Numbered from the stretch's first letter, positions 37,368 through 47,047 are shown. The stretch is DNA of 64,000 nt from Candidatus Bathyarchaeia archaeon (GCA_038882955.1 JAVZNC010000002.1:96001-160000); one strand, 5' to 3'. Notes: a model not told the origin generated them from the sequence alone. Numbers and translations are program-made.

Positions 37368-38561
37368 ATGCCTCACCGTTTCGAAAAGATTGAGTATAAG
37401 CCCATACCCGCTAGGGAGCTTCTCCTAGAAATTAAAAACCTTTCAGAGTTAATGATTGACTTGGCATATTCAGCTGCACTATTCAATGACAGAGACCTAG
37501 CGGAAGACGTCTTAGAACTTGAGGCGCGCGTCGACACTTTAGCGTATCTCTTGGAGATTTCAATAATGGTTGCTGCAAGGGACGCCAGGGATGCTGAAGA
37601 TTTGCTTGGCGTTTCCACCGTGGCTTCTGCCGCGGACAAAATTTCTGATGCTGCTGCTGACATCGCCGCTATAGTAACGCAGAATATTGGCGTGCACCCA
37701 ATTGTGAGCGAAATTTTCGAAAAGGTTGAAGAACATCTGCTTCGAGTAAAGGTAGGCGAAGGTTCCGCGATTGTTGGGAAGCAAATAGGTGAGCTGAAAT
37801 TAGCTGCAGAGATGGGCGTTGACATAATTGCGATAAAGCGGAACAAGGATTGGGTAATTGACCCTAAAGAGACTGAGAAAATTTTGGGCGGTGACTTTTT
37901 GATTGCAAGAGGAGCACCAATTGGAATTGACGAATTCAAAGAGTTTGCCGAGGGAAAACACGTCAAAACTGAACAAATAAGCGTTTCAAAAAAGCGACAA
38001 AAGCAATTTGAGGAAATTGCTCGGCGCTTCGTCGAGTTAAAAGACACATCTGAACTGATGATCGACTTAGCCTATTCCTCGCTTTTATATGATAACAAGG
38101 AACTCGCTGAAGAAGTGCATAAACTTGAGGAGTATGTGGATAAGCTGCACACAGATTTTGAAATATGTGTTCTTTCAAGCGGCTTTAAGAAAGATGAAGT
38201 GCGAGGTTTTCTCGGTTTGATAAGGCTTGGCGTGGTTGCTGAGAAAATAGCGGATGCCGCGGCTGAAATAGCCGAAGTTGTCTTAAGAGGTTTAGAGCCG
38301 CACCCAATACTAAAGAGCACGATTAAGGAGGCGGAGGAAACTATTACGCATGTTTGTGTGACGGCAAATTCTCCGTTGGTCAACAAGACTATACGGGAGG
38401 CACGCATTCCAGAGGAAACTGGAATGTGGGTTCTCGCCATAAGAAAAGGCGAAAAATGCATAAGACCAAAACCCGACTCAAAAATCGAGGTTGGCGATGT
38501 CTTAATTGCGTCTGGATATGCTGAGGGTGCAGAGGACTTAAAGAAGTTAGCTTCTCCATAG
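37368..38561 (+). CDS. tandem PhoU + TrkA-C (RCK-C) domain protein
   Basis: Duplicated K..SELMIDLAYS...LE..VD.L...KI.DAA..IA unit, each followed by an RCK-C segment (G..I.AI.R..GD.LIA.G). Confidence 0.88.
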   Translation: MPHRFEKIEYKPIPARELLLEIKNLSELMIDLAYSAALFNDRDLAEDVLELEARVDTLAYLLEISIMVAARDARDAEDLLGVSTVASAADKISDAAADIAAIVTQNIGVHPIVSEIFEKVEEHLLRVKVGEGSAIVGKQIGELKLAAEMGVDIIAIKRNKDWVIDPKETEKILGGDFLIARGAPIGIDEFKEFAEGKHVKTEQISVSKKRQKQFEEIARRFVELKDTSELMIDLAYSSLLYDNKELAEEVHKLEEYVDKLHTDFEICVLSSGFKKDEVRGFLGLIRLGVVAEKIADAAAEIAEVVLRGLEPHPILKSTIKEAEETITHVCVTANSPLVNKTIREARIPEETGMWVLAIRKGEKCIRPKPDSKIEVGDVLIASGYAEGAEDLKKLASP

Positions 38562-38656
38562 TTCTTGTTCTACGTGGCTTGTTAGGTAGTTTGGATAATT
38601 ATTCTGGATTCACTAACACTATAAGGATGAAATTCGATTCTAAATTAGAGGAGGGT

Positions 38657-39064
38657 ATGCCAATCCACAAAAAGAAAGAAAACAAAGATAACCAAAGTTT
38701 CACGTGCCCGAACCCGTCCTGTGGAAGAGTTTTCGCAAACCCAATTAAGGCTGAAAATTTAAGCTTAAAGAATGGAGTTTATGATGCTTGTCCCTACTGC
38801 TTAACAGAAATAACCGTGGAAAAAAGTATCTTAATAACCGAGGAAAAAGAGAAAGAGAAACTTGCGCCATCCATCGAGAGTAAAGTCGAACAAAAGGCGC
38901 AGCCAATAATTGAGAGAGCATCCGTCGAAATCCCTGCCAAACCCACCACGTGCACTCATCATTTTGGGTATTTAAGCCAGCGTTCAACAAAAGAGAAGAT
39001 ACCTGAAGAATGCATGATGTGCGAGAAAATCGTTCAGTGCATGCTTCAACGCGTGAAGGGTTAG
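38657..39064 (+). CDS. double zinc-finger hypothetical protein
   Basis: CPNPSC...CPYC and CTHHFGYL...PEECMMC..IVQC. ATG 38657 follows GAGGAGGG. Confidence 0.75.
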   Translation: MPIHKKKENKDNQSFTCPNPSCGRVFANPIKAENLSLKNGVYDACPYCLTEITVEKSILITEEKEKEKLAPSIESKVEQKAQPIIERASVEIPAKPTTCTHHFGYLSQRSTKEKIPEECMMCEKIVQCMLQRVKG

Positions 39065-39140
39065 TTGGTTACAGATGATACGCACTTGCTTTTTTAAGGT
39101 TTCAAGTTTTCCCTTAAAACTTGGTTAGGAGACAACATAG

Positions 39141-39512
39141 TTGTCAGCAGCTGTGCAGAAGCGAGTTCCAGGAGTTCTCACTCCCGCAACCCAAGCGAAA
39201 AGCCTAAACGCTGAAACAGTTACGGCAATTGCCACAGGCTTTCTTAAAAGGATTGGAAATAAGGGCGGTCTAAAGCCGAAAAGGGTTTCGTTGGAAGAGA
39301 ACATTTACACTGTTGAGGTTGAAATGAAAAAGTTTAATGCTATTGTTAAGGTTGACGCTGAAACCCATGAGATTAAGGAGTATGAAATACAACCCAAAGG
39401 CGAAGAAACTCCTTTCATCTCCATATCTCCAAAAGTTATTATTGTAATGTTTGGAGTTTCAGCAGCAGCCTATGTGGCATTAAATTTTGCATTTAAAATG
39501 CTTGGTCTTTAA
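39141..39512 (+). CDS. hypothetical protein, PepSY-like segment plus C-terminal TM helix
   Basis: YTVEV...VKVDAET.EI pattern and a hydrophobic C-terminus. TTG start after AGGAG. Confidence 0.7.
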   Translation: MSAAVQKRVPGVLTPATQAKSLNAETVTAIATGFLKRIGNKGGLKPKRVSLEENIYTVEVEMKKFNAIVKVDAETHEIKEYEIQPKGEETPFISISPKVIIVMFGVSAAAYVALNFAFKMLGL

Positions 39513-39578
39513 CACGTCTGCTGTATGAAGCAGAATATTAAAGAATATTAAAAATAGCGATTTGGGACGGATTGTTGC

Positions 39579-39923
39579 TTAGCTTTTTCTTCTCCGTTCA
39601 GTCTTCTTTTCCTCTTCAACAGTCTCCGCTGCTGGTTTTTCCTCGGGTTTTTCTTCTGCCTTTTCCTCTGCCTTCTCCATCTCCTTTGTGATTTCCTCTA
39701 TTGGTTTTGGCGGTGGAGTCGTAGCCATTGTTAACCCGATCCATGCGCCTATAGCCATTATTGCAATGAACGCCAGAAACACTGGAATTGCCACAAGCCA
39801 GAATGAGAGGCTCCATTCAAGGGGGTTTCCTCCAAAGTAAAACAATCCTAACGTGTAGAGTATGCCCAATATCACGCAAACTATTAGTATTATTCCACCT
39901 ATCGCTTGATCCTTGCTTACCAT
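39579..39923 (-). CDS. small two-TM membrane protein with Glu/Lys-rich tail
   Basis: MVSKDQAIG...AWIG.TMATTPPPKPIEEI, a pattern recognised in TACK archaea. Confidence 0.8.
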   Translation of the reverse strand: MVSKDQAIGGIILIVCVILGILYTLGLFYFGGNPLEWSLSFWLVAIPVFLAFIAIMAIGAWIGLTMATTPPPKPIEEITKEMEKAEEKAEEKPEEKPAAETVEEEKKTERRRKS

Positions 39924-39997
39924 TCACGCGTCACCTTATGAACCCATGTTTACTCTTTCAAGCTTTAAAAATTTTGCCATGCTTTTCGGGCTTAACG

Positions 39998-41254
39998 CTA
40001 GATCGTTCCCATCTCCCATGTTAACAAATACTGTTTTTGCTCTTCTGTCAACTCGTCTATATCTATGTTCATTGCCTTTAGCTTGAGCTTTGCTACGGTT
40101 TCGTCTATTTCCTTTGGCACCGTGTGGACGTTTGGCGGGAGTTTCTCCGTTTTGGCTAGGTATTCCACGCATAAGGCTTGATTTGCAAATGACATGTCCA
40201 TAACTTCGGATGGATGTCCTTCCGCGGCTGCCAAGTTTACGAGTCTTCCATCTGCTAAGAGGTAGATTTTCTTTCCATCCTTAAGCGTATATTCGTCCAG
40301 ATTTGGGCGTATGTTCCTCTTTGAGGTGGAGATTTCCTCCAATTCTTTTATGCTTATTTCAACGTTAAAGTGTCCACTGTTTGCAAGTATCGCGCCGTCC
40401 TTCATTTTCTCCATATGTTCCCCTCTAATTACATTGATGTCGCCTGTCGCTGTGACGAATATGTCGCCTATTGTTGCGGCTTCTGTTATTGGCATTACGC
40501 GGAAACCGTTTAATGCTGCTTCAAGCGCTCTAAGCGGGTTAACCTCTGTTATTATCACGTTTGCGCCCATGCCTTGTGCGCGCATGGCTATTCCTCTTGC
40601 GCACCATCCATAGCCGCAGACGACAAAGTTTTTGCCTGCTAAAAGGATGTTTGTTGCTCTCAGGATTCCGTCTATTGTGCTTTGTCCTGTTCCGTAACGG
40701 TTGTCAAAAAGGTATTTTGTGTATGCGTCGTTTACGGCAATTATTGGATATTTGAGTGTTCCAGATTTTTCCATTGCACGCAGCCTTAAAACGCCAGTTG
40801 TTGTTTCTTCTGTTCCGCCTTTGATTTTCTCTATGTTTTTGGTTCTTTTGCTGTGGATTGTTCCAACAAGGTCCGCTCCGTCATCAAGCGTTATCACCGG
40901 CTTAAAGTCTATGACGCGCTCAATACACCAATAATACTCTTCTGTTGTCTGCCCCCTCCAAGCGAAGACATGCACTCCTTTTTCTGCAAGGGTTGCTGCC
41001 ACATCATCCTGCGTAGAAAGCGGATTTGACCCGCAAAGCGCCACTTCTGCACCGCCAGCTATGAAAGTTTCGATTAGGACTGCTGTCTCTTTTGTTACGT
41101 GAAGGCACGCGCCAAGCGTTAAGCCCTTCAAGGGTTTTTCTCTGTTAAATCTCTTTTTGATTTGTTCCAGTACTGGCATGTGCCGTGATGCCCATTCTGT
41201 TTGTAAAGCGCCCTTTTTGGCTAGACTTTTATCCTTAACCTTAAATTCTTCCAT
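39998..41254 (-). CDS. ahcY: adenosylhomocysteinase (SAH/SIH hydrolase)
   Basis: [40 protein letters not shown] and GRLVNL..GHP..MD.SF. Confidence 0.98.
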   Translation of the reverse strand: MEEFKVKDKSLAKKGALQTEWASRHMPVLEQIKKRFNREKPLKGLTLGACLHVTKETAVLIETFIAGGAEVALCGSNPLSTQDDVAATLAEKGVHVFAWRGQTTEEYYWCIERVIDFKPVITLDDGADLVGTIHSKRTKNIEKIKGGTEETTTGVLRLRAMEKSGTLKYPIIAVNDAYTKYLFDNRYGTGQSTIDGILRATNILLAGKNFVVCGYGWCARGIAMRAQGMGANVIITEVNPLRALEAALNGFRVMPITEAATIGDIFVTATGDINVIRGEHMEKMKDGAILANSGHFNVEISIKELEEISTSKRNIRPNLDEYTLKDGKKIYLLADGRLVNLAAAEGHPSEVMDMSFANQALCVEYLAKTEKLPPNVHTVPKEIDETVAKLKLKAMNIDIDELTEEQKQYLLTWEMGTI

Positions 41255-41291
41255 CTTTACCACGCCATGTAGCTCATTTAAACAAGCCTAT

Positions 41292-42644
41292 TTAACGTTG
41301 GCGTTCCAGCTTATCCAAAAGGTTGTTTTTGGCTTTTTCCGCCATCTCCATTACATGTTCCACCTTTAGGGTTTTCAACTCTCTGTCTTCCATTACTATT
41401 TTGCCGTTGACCATCACTGTTTCGACATCAGAACCTTTTGCCGCGTAAACTATGTGACTTGCTTCATTATACATTGGACGAAGATGCGGCTTTTTAAGGT
41501 CAACTATTATCAAGTCTGCCTTTTTTCCAATTTCTATTGAGCCTATTTCGTTTTCCCATGAAAGCGCCAATGCCCCTTCAATTGTCGCCATCTCCAAAAC
41601 TTTTTCCGCGGGCATAAGTGTTGGATTTTTGTTTACGCCTTTATGTAGGAGTGCTGCGACTTTCATCACTTCAAACATGTCAGCCGTGTTATTTGAGCAT
41701 GGGCTATCTGTGCCAAGCGAAACAGTTAAGCCTTTTTCAAGCATTTTCGGGACGGGGCTGATGCCAGAAGCAAGCTTGAGGTTTGAAATTGGATTGTGCG
41801 CGACTTTTACGCCCCTTTTCTTCATAATAGTTATGTCGCTTTCTGTTAGTGCCACGCAATGTGCAGCGATAACATGCTCATCCAAAACGCCGAGCGAATC
41901 CAAATACTCTATTATGCTACCACTCAGCTTCAAATTAAACGCACTTTGGATTTTTTCCTTCTCATCAAACGTTTCAGCAACGTGAATATGACAAATTATT
42001 TGACTATTTTCAGAGCCGTATCGCCGATTCAACTCCCGCCTCAAAGCAAATAACTCTTTCATGTATTCGGGGTCAACAGTGTAAGGTGCATGCGGATCAA
42101 CGCTCACATGAATTAGTCCATTAGCTTTGTCATGCCAATTTTTAGCCATGTCTTCCAGCGCCCTCTTATCCTCACTTTTCCGCCACGAAAAACATACATG
42201 ACCAACAACGCCTCTCACTTCAGCATCTGCAAGAGCCTTCGCTTCATTCTCTTTTGGCATATAATGATACATCGTATTGATTGTCGTTGTACCACTCATT
42301 ATGGACTCAACTGCCGTCAACAATGCTCCAACATAAATATCGCGTTCGCTCATGTTCTTCTCTATTGGCCATATCCGTTTTTCAAGCCACTCTTGAAGCG
42401 GCAAGTCATCAGCATAACCTCTCAAAAGGCTCATGGCTGCATGCTGATGCGTATTTATCAATCCTGGCATTACAATTTTGTTTTCGGCGTTTATTTTCTC
42501 GTAGCCTCTACTGTACTTTCTTTTTAATTCCCGCTCCTTGCCAACATCAACTATCATGTCTTCTTCTATTGCGACCGCGCCGTTCCGAATTACCTTTCTG
42601 TCTTTTAATGTGAGTAGTGTTCCGCCATGGATTAAAATGTTCAT
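41292..42644 (-). CDS. mtaD: 5'-methylthioadenosine/SAH/5'-deoxyadenosine deaminase family amidohydrolase
   Basis: PGLINTHQH, PHAPYT, HVAET, AHCV, SNLKLASG and GTD..SNN, co-transcribed with ahcY. Confidence 0.88.
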   Translation of the reverse strand: MNILIHGGTLLTLKDRKVIRNGAVAIEEDMIVDVGKERELKRKYSRGYEKINAENKIVMPGLINTHQHAAMSLLRGYADDLPLQEWLEKRIWPIEKNMSERDIYVGALLTAVESIMSGTTTINTMYHYMPKENEAKALADAEVRGVVGHVCFSWRKSEDKRALEDMAKNWHDKANGLIHVSVDPHAPYTVDPEYMKELFALRRELNRRYGSENSQIICHIHVAETFDEKEKIQSAFNLKLSGSIIEYLDSLGVLDEHVIAAHCVALTESDITIMKKRGVKVAHNPISNLKLASGISPVPKMLEKGLTVSLGTDSPCSNNTADMFEVMKVAALLHKGVNKNPTLMPAEKVLEMATIEGALALSWENEIGSIEIGKKADLIIVDLKKPHLRPMYNEASHIVYAAKGSDVETVMVNGKIVMEDRELKTLKVEHVMEMAEKAKNNLLDKLERQR

Positions 42645-42713
42645 TTTGGTTCGCCTTTTTGGTAAATGTTTTCTTTATCGTTATATTTTTAACTGGTAAA
42701 CGCACCTTTCACT

Positions 42714-43811
42714 TTGGTGAGCCTATTGTTAAATTTAAAAGTTGAACGTCTTGAAGAATATCTTTCAACCGTTTACAAGGCAAAAGTCAAGGTTCTAAGC
42801 GTTACTCCAATGGGCACAGTGGAAGAAACAGAATTAAAGGGCTTTGGCTACGGGGTACCCTACTTAGTCGAGTTCGCAGTTGGCAAGGAGCATAAGCTTG
42901 TTGTTTTAGAGTCGATGCGTCCAGAAGGTTTCGGACACGAGTATTTCTCCGATAGAGCCGCAGTTTTGCTGTGGCAACATTCAGCTTTTAACAAGCTGCC
43001 TAGGCATGTGCAATCGGTCGATGTGGGCGCCTTTTTGAAGGATGGCGAAACTCTAAAATCTCTTGGAGATTGCTGTGAATTCTTTATTGTAACAGAGTTT
43101 GTTCAAGGCACGCCTTACTATCAAGATTTGGACCGCATCAAAGAATATGGAGAACTCTCAGATTTAGATGAGGAGCGCTGCGTTACCCTATCGGATTACC
43201 TTGCGCAAATACACTCCGAAAAGAACAAAGAGCAAACTGGACTTTATGTTAGGCGTATCCGCGATTTGGTTGGTCATGGCGAATGCATTTTTGGGTTGAC
43301 TGACAGCTATCCAAGCGGTTTAAAATACGTCGATGAAAAGTACTTCATTGAGTTTGAAAAGGCGTGTGTGGAATGGCGCTGGCGTCTCAAGGGAAAAGTG
43401 CATAGGCTTTCGCAAGTTCACGGTGACTTTCATCCATGGAACATCCTGTTCAAGCAAGGACTCGAATTTACAGTTTTGGACCGCAGCAGAGGCGATTGGG
43501 GAGAACCCGCTGATGATGTAACCGCCCTTACCATAAACTACATTTTCTATTCTCTGCAAACTTTTGGCAAAATGGATGGACCATTTCTGCGGTTATTTCT
43601 GCTCTTCTGGAGGAATTACATGGATAAGACTGGTGATGAAGAAATATTAAGCGTCGTACAACCATTTTACGCTTGGAGAAGCCTTGTTATCGCCTCACCG
43701 ACATGGTACCCAAACCTTTCAGTGGACGTTAGACAAAAGATTTTTAAGTTTGCCAACAAGATGCTTAAGACCAAAAAATTCGATTTCGAAGATATAGAGG
43801 CTTTCTTCTAA
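42714..43811 (+). CDS. aminoglycoside phosphotransferase/choline kinase-like protein
   Basis: Brenner motif VHGDFHPWNILF, VLD and GEPADDV. Confidence 0.82.
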   Translation: MVSLLLNLKVERLEEYLSTVYKAKVKVLSVTPMGTVEETELKGFGYGVPYLVEFAVGKEHKLVVLESMRPEGFGHEYFSDRAAVLLWQHSAFNKLPRHVQSVDVGAFLKDGETLKSLGDCCEFFIVTEFVQGTPYYQDLDRIKEYGELSDLDEERCVTLSDYLAQIHSEKNKEQTGLYVRRIRDLVGHGECIFGLTDSYPSGLKYVDEKYFIEFEKACVEWRWRLKGKVHRLSQVHGDFHPWNILFKQGLEFTVLDRSRGDWGEPADDVTALTINYIFYSLQTFGKMDGPFLRLFLLFWRNYMDKTGDEEILSVVQPFYAWRSLVIASPTWYPNLSVDVRQKIFKFANKMLKTKKFDFEDIEAFF

Positions 43812-43886
43812 AAGCAGGGGCGTTTCCTTTTTGGTGGCAAAAGTTTTAAAGATAATTTGAATAACCCTTTGAGGTGTGGTGGCGCT

Positions 43887-44009
43887 TTGAACGTGGAATC
43901 CATAAAGGACCTAAAAAAGGTTCTTAGAGATGTGGGATATTCTGGTAAGGCTATCGACGAGATTTTAAAATGGTACAAGAGTGAAAAGACAACAGATGAC
44001 CGTAAGTGA
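43887..44009 (+). CDS. 40-aa microprotein (not in ORF track)
   Basis: MNVESIKDLKKVLRDVGYSGKAIDEILKWYKSEKTTDDRK*. TTG start after GAGGTG/GGTGG, and its stop overlaps the next gene's GTG start (GTGA). Confidence 0.7.
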   Translation: MNVESIKDLKKVLRDVGYSGKAIDEILKWYKSEKTTDDRK

Positions 44010-44482
44010 ATGGCATATACATCCTGGCAATTTCTGTTAAAAAGGAAATCCGCCTAAAAATTGGAAGTTTAGGAATCAAAAATTTTGATAGTGGACTTTA
44101 CGTTTACGTGGGTTCCGCACAGAACGGTCTTAAAAAACGGATAATGCGACACATGAAGCGCAGCAAGCGCAAATTCTGGCACATAGATTATTTACTAAGC
44201 AACAAGAACGTAAAAATCATAGAGGCGTTCTACAAAGAGGCTGAAAGCGCTTGGGAATGTAAAACCGCAAGTAAGCTCTGCGAAATTGGTCTTCCAGTAA
44301 ACGGCTTCGGTTCATCTGACTGCAGATGCAGAAGCCACTTCTTCAAGATAAAAAATCATCAATCTTTAATAGAGTTTATAAAAGCAAATAACTTTAGGAG
44401 GTTTCAGTACTGCGGGAAGGCTGGTGTGTCTGGGTTACCGGCTTGCCTGGAAGCGGCAAGTCCGTTGTTGCGAGTGCATTAA
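44006..44482 (+). CDS. GIY-YIG nuclease family protein (DUF123)
   Basis: GIYIL, YVYVGSA, WHIDYLL and GFGSSDCRCRSH. The ancestral stop was probably at 44408-44410. Confidence 0.88.
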   Translation: MNGIYILAISVKKEIRLKIGSLGIKNFDSGLYVYVGSAQNGLKKRIMRHMKRSKRKFWHIDYLLSNKNVKIIEAFYKEAESAWECKTASKLCEIGLPVNGFGSSDCRCRSHFFKIKNHQSLIEFIKANNFRRFQYCGKAGVSGLPACLEAASPLLRVH

Positions 44483-44958
44483 TCACGCTTCTTAAAAAAA
44501 GAGGCGTTCATGTGCAACTGCTCTCTTCGGATGCCCTGCGGAAGGTGATGACGCCGAAGCCAAAATACACGCTGGATGAACGCGACGCTGTCTATGCAAC
44601 ACTTGTTTACATTGCAAGGCTGTTAACCGAAAACGGCGTTAACGTGGTTATAGATGCGACTGGAAACTTGCGGCGCTACCGTGAAAATGCAAGAGTGCAA
44701 ATACCAAAGTTTATAGAGGCTTACCTAGAATGCCAGTTGGAAGTTTGCATGGAACGCGAATCAAAACGTAAGGATACACGCCTTGCTCCACGAAAAATTT
44801 ATGAGAAGGCTTTAGAGGGAAAGGCGCCGACGGTACCGGGAATAGGGCAACCATATGAGGAACCATTAAATCCTGAAGTGCGGGTTGATGCTGCAAGGTT
44901 GTCTCCGCTGGAGTGCGCCAAAAAAATAATGGCTGTTATTGTTGAACGTTATCATTGA
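44410..44958 (+). CDS. adenylyl-sulfate kinase-like P-loop kinase
   Basis: An in-frame extension gives (L)REGWCVWVTGLPGSGKS. Also SDALRK, IDAT and PG..QPYEEP. CTG at 44410 follows AGGAGG. Confidence 0.85.
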   Translation: MREGWCVWVTGLPGSGKSVVASALITLLKKRGVHVQLLSSDALRKVMTPKPKYTLDERDAVYATLVYIARLLTENGVNVVIDATGNLRRYRENARVQIPKFIEAYLECQLEVCMERESKRKDTRLAPRKIYEKALEGKAPTVPGIGQPYEEPLNPEVRVDAARLSPLECAKKIMAVIVERYH

Positions 44959-44965
44959 TTTGGCA

Positions 44966-45189
44966 CTATTCGGTTTCCAGTTTGTAAAGTACTTTGCAGC
45001 CTCTCAATGTTTCGTGGACTGAGCATGCGACTTGTAATACGTCTTCGAGCGAGACTTTCTTTTTGCCCCAATCGTAAACGTGGTCGTGCACCCTTTTAGG
45101 GGCTTGAATCCTAGCGAGCGTAGGCGTTCGACGACGTCTATTGGGTTTGCGCCTTCACTGTAAAATATGATGTTTAAGTAGGTTCTCAT
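44966..45189 (-). pseudogene. frameshifted small conserved protein
   Basis: MRTYLNIIFYSEGANPIDVVERLRSLGFKPLKG continues in the -1 frame as VHDHVYDWGKKKVSLEDVLQVACSVHETLRGCKVLYKLETE*. The 224-nt span is one base short of 75 codons. Confidence 0.7.
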
Positions 45190-45276
45190 TTTCGTTTTCT
45201 CCACCAGAGTTGTTTGAATCCCTTTTGGAAAACATTAAACTTTCGCTCTTAATGGAGACTGAATTAACCGTCGTTT

Positions 45277-45885
45277 TTACGTTGGAGGTTTATAATTTCT
45301 GACGTATTCAATCACGATTTCAGCTTGTTCCTTGGATATTACGCCTGACTTGTGGAGGCTGTTAACCATGCTTGAAACTGTTGTTAAGGCGTGAACTTTG
45401 TATCCTAGTTTTTCAAGGTTTTCTTTGCCGCTTTGCTCTCTGTCCACAACAACCACGACGTGCTTGACTTCTGCCCCGAGCACTTCTAAGGGTTTTATTC
45501 CCTCAAGTTTCGATAAACCCTCGCTAATGACATCATCAAAAAAGACTATGTGCTCCCCCTTTTCCACATTTGCTCCAGCAATTCTTCCAGTTGCTCCATA
45601 TGCTTTCTCCTCTTTTCGCACAACAACGCATGGCAATTCAACGCGGCAAGCGATACTTGGCAAAACGAGCGCGCCCTTTAACTCTATAGATGCAAGCTTA
45701 TCCACCCTTTCAGAAGTCCGTATTTTCCTTATCTCATCGGCTACAACATCTGCTATTTTGCATAGGGCTTTCGGCGAAGACAACAAGCATGTCAAATCGA
45801 TGTAGTAGGGGCTTATAGCTCCAGACTTGATTTTGAAACTACCAAACTTTAAACAACCAGAACTATAAAGCGCATCTGCGACCAA
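45277..45885 (-). CDS. pyrE: orotate phosphoribosyltransferase
   Basis: FG.F.IKSG.ISPYYID, RKEEKAYG, PRPP motif FFDDVISEG and VVDRE. Confidence 0.92.
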   Translation of the reverse strand: MVADALYSSGCLKFGSFKIKSGAISPYYIDLTCLLSSPKALCKIADVVADEIRKIRTSERVDKLASIELKGALVLPSIACRVELPCVVVRKEEKAYGATGRIAGANVEKGEHIVFFDDVISEGLSKLEGIKPLEVLGAEVKHVVVVVDREQSGKENLEKLGYKVHALTTVSSMVNSLHKSGVISKEQAEIVIEYVRNYKPPT

Positions 45886-46033
45886 CGGTGCTAAATTTGA
45901 CAGTTCAGTTCCCTCTCCTAATCACTTCACACTTTTAGATTTAACACTTACCCTATAACTTAAAAACGTTATAATAACGGTAACATTTATAACCAAATGT
46001 TGGCATTCCATAAAGACGCGAAGCGGACAGACA

Positions 46034-47047
46034 ATGGGTCATAGAAAAACACACGCTCCAAGACACGGTTCACTTGCCTATTTGCCTAGGAAACGTGCTA
46101 AACGCCTCCTGGCTAGAACACGCTATTGGCCAGAAATCAAAGCGGACACGCCTAGACTCTTAGGCTTTATTGGCTATAAAGCTGGAATGACCCACGTTTT
46201 TGCAATTGAGGATAGGAAACGTTCTCCAAACTTTGGTAAAGAAGTAATGCGTTCAGCAACAGTTGTTGAAACACCGCCGCTTACAATATGCGCGGTTAGG
46301 GCATACGTAAAGACTCCTTATGGTTTGAAGACCCTTTCTGAGGCTTGGATGAAAGACCCACCCGATGACCTTGAAAGGGTTCTAACAATTCCAGAGAACT
46401 TCAACACCGAGGAGCAGTTGAAGAAGATTGAGCAAAGTTTGGATAAAGTTGCAAAAATACGCGTGATAGCAGTCACCCAGCCCAAACAAACAGGCTTGTC
46501 TAAGAAGAAACCCGACGTGGCTGAAATAGAAGTCAGTGGCGGAACAATCCAACAACAGTTTGAATACGCCAGAAGCCTGCTTGGAAAAACTGTTTCTCCG
46601 ACAGAAGTTTTCAAGGAAGGCCAATACGTAGATGTCATGGCAGTTTCAACTGGCAAAGGCTTCCAAGGACCCGTTAAACGCTGGGGCGTAACAATATTGC
46701 AGCACAAGGGCAGAAAAACAAAGAGGGGCATCGCAACATTAGGTCCATGGAACCCACACCATGTAATGTACAGTATCCCAAGGGCTGGACAGATGGGTTT
46801 TCACCAGAGAACAGAATACAACAAGCGAATCCTCAAAATGGGTAATGATGGAAAAGAGATAACGCCTAAAGGCGGCTTTATAAGATACGGTTTAGTCCAC
46901 GGGCCATACTTGTTATTGGAAGGAAGCATACCTGGAACCGAGAAGCGTCCAATAAAGTTGCGTTATCCAGCACGTCCTCCAAAGGGAATCCCAGAGGAAC
47001 CGCCACAAGTAACGTTCATATCGCTTGAGTCGCCACAAGGGAAGTAA
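46034..47047 (+). CDS. rpl3: 50S ribosomal protein L3
   Basis: PRHGSL..PRKR, GYKAGMTH, GKGFQGPVKRWG and RAGQMGFHQRTE. Confidence 0.98.
   Translation: MGHRKTHAPRHGSLAYLPRKRAKRLLARTRYWPEIKADTPRLLGFIGYKAGMTHVFAIEDRKRSPNFGKEVMRSATVVETPPLTICAVRAYVKTPYGLKTLSEAWMKDPPDDLERVLTIPENFNTEEQLKKIEQSLDKVAKIRVIAVTQPKQTGLSKKKPDVAEIEVSGGTIQQQFEYARSLLGKTVSPTEVFKEGQYVDVMAVSTGKGFQGPVKRWGVTILQHKGRKTKRGIATLGPWNPHHVMYSIPRAGQMGFHQRTEYNKRILKMGNDGKEITPKGGFIRYGLVHGPYLLLEGSIPGTEKRPIKLRYPARPPKGIPEEPPQVTFISLESPQGK

Noticed and set aside
37373-38047. 224-aa minus-strand ORF
   Set aside because: Antisense shadow of the PhoU/TrkA-C gene, with the Ser-rich composition typical of such shadows.
42714-43811. Antibiotic-resistance gene
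   Set aside because: The APH fold alone does not imply aminoglycoside resistance, and there is no mobile context.
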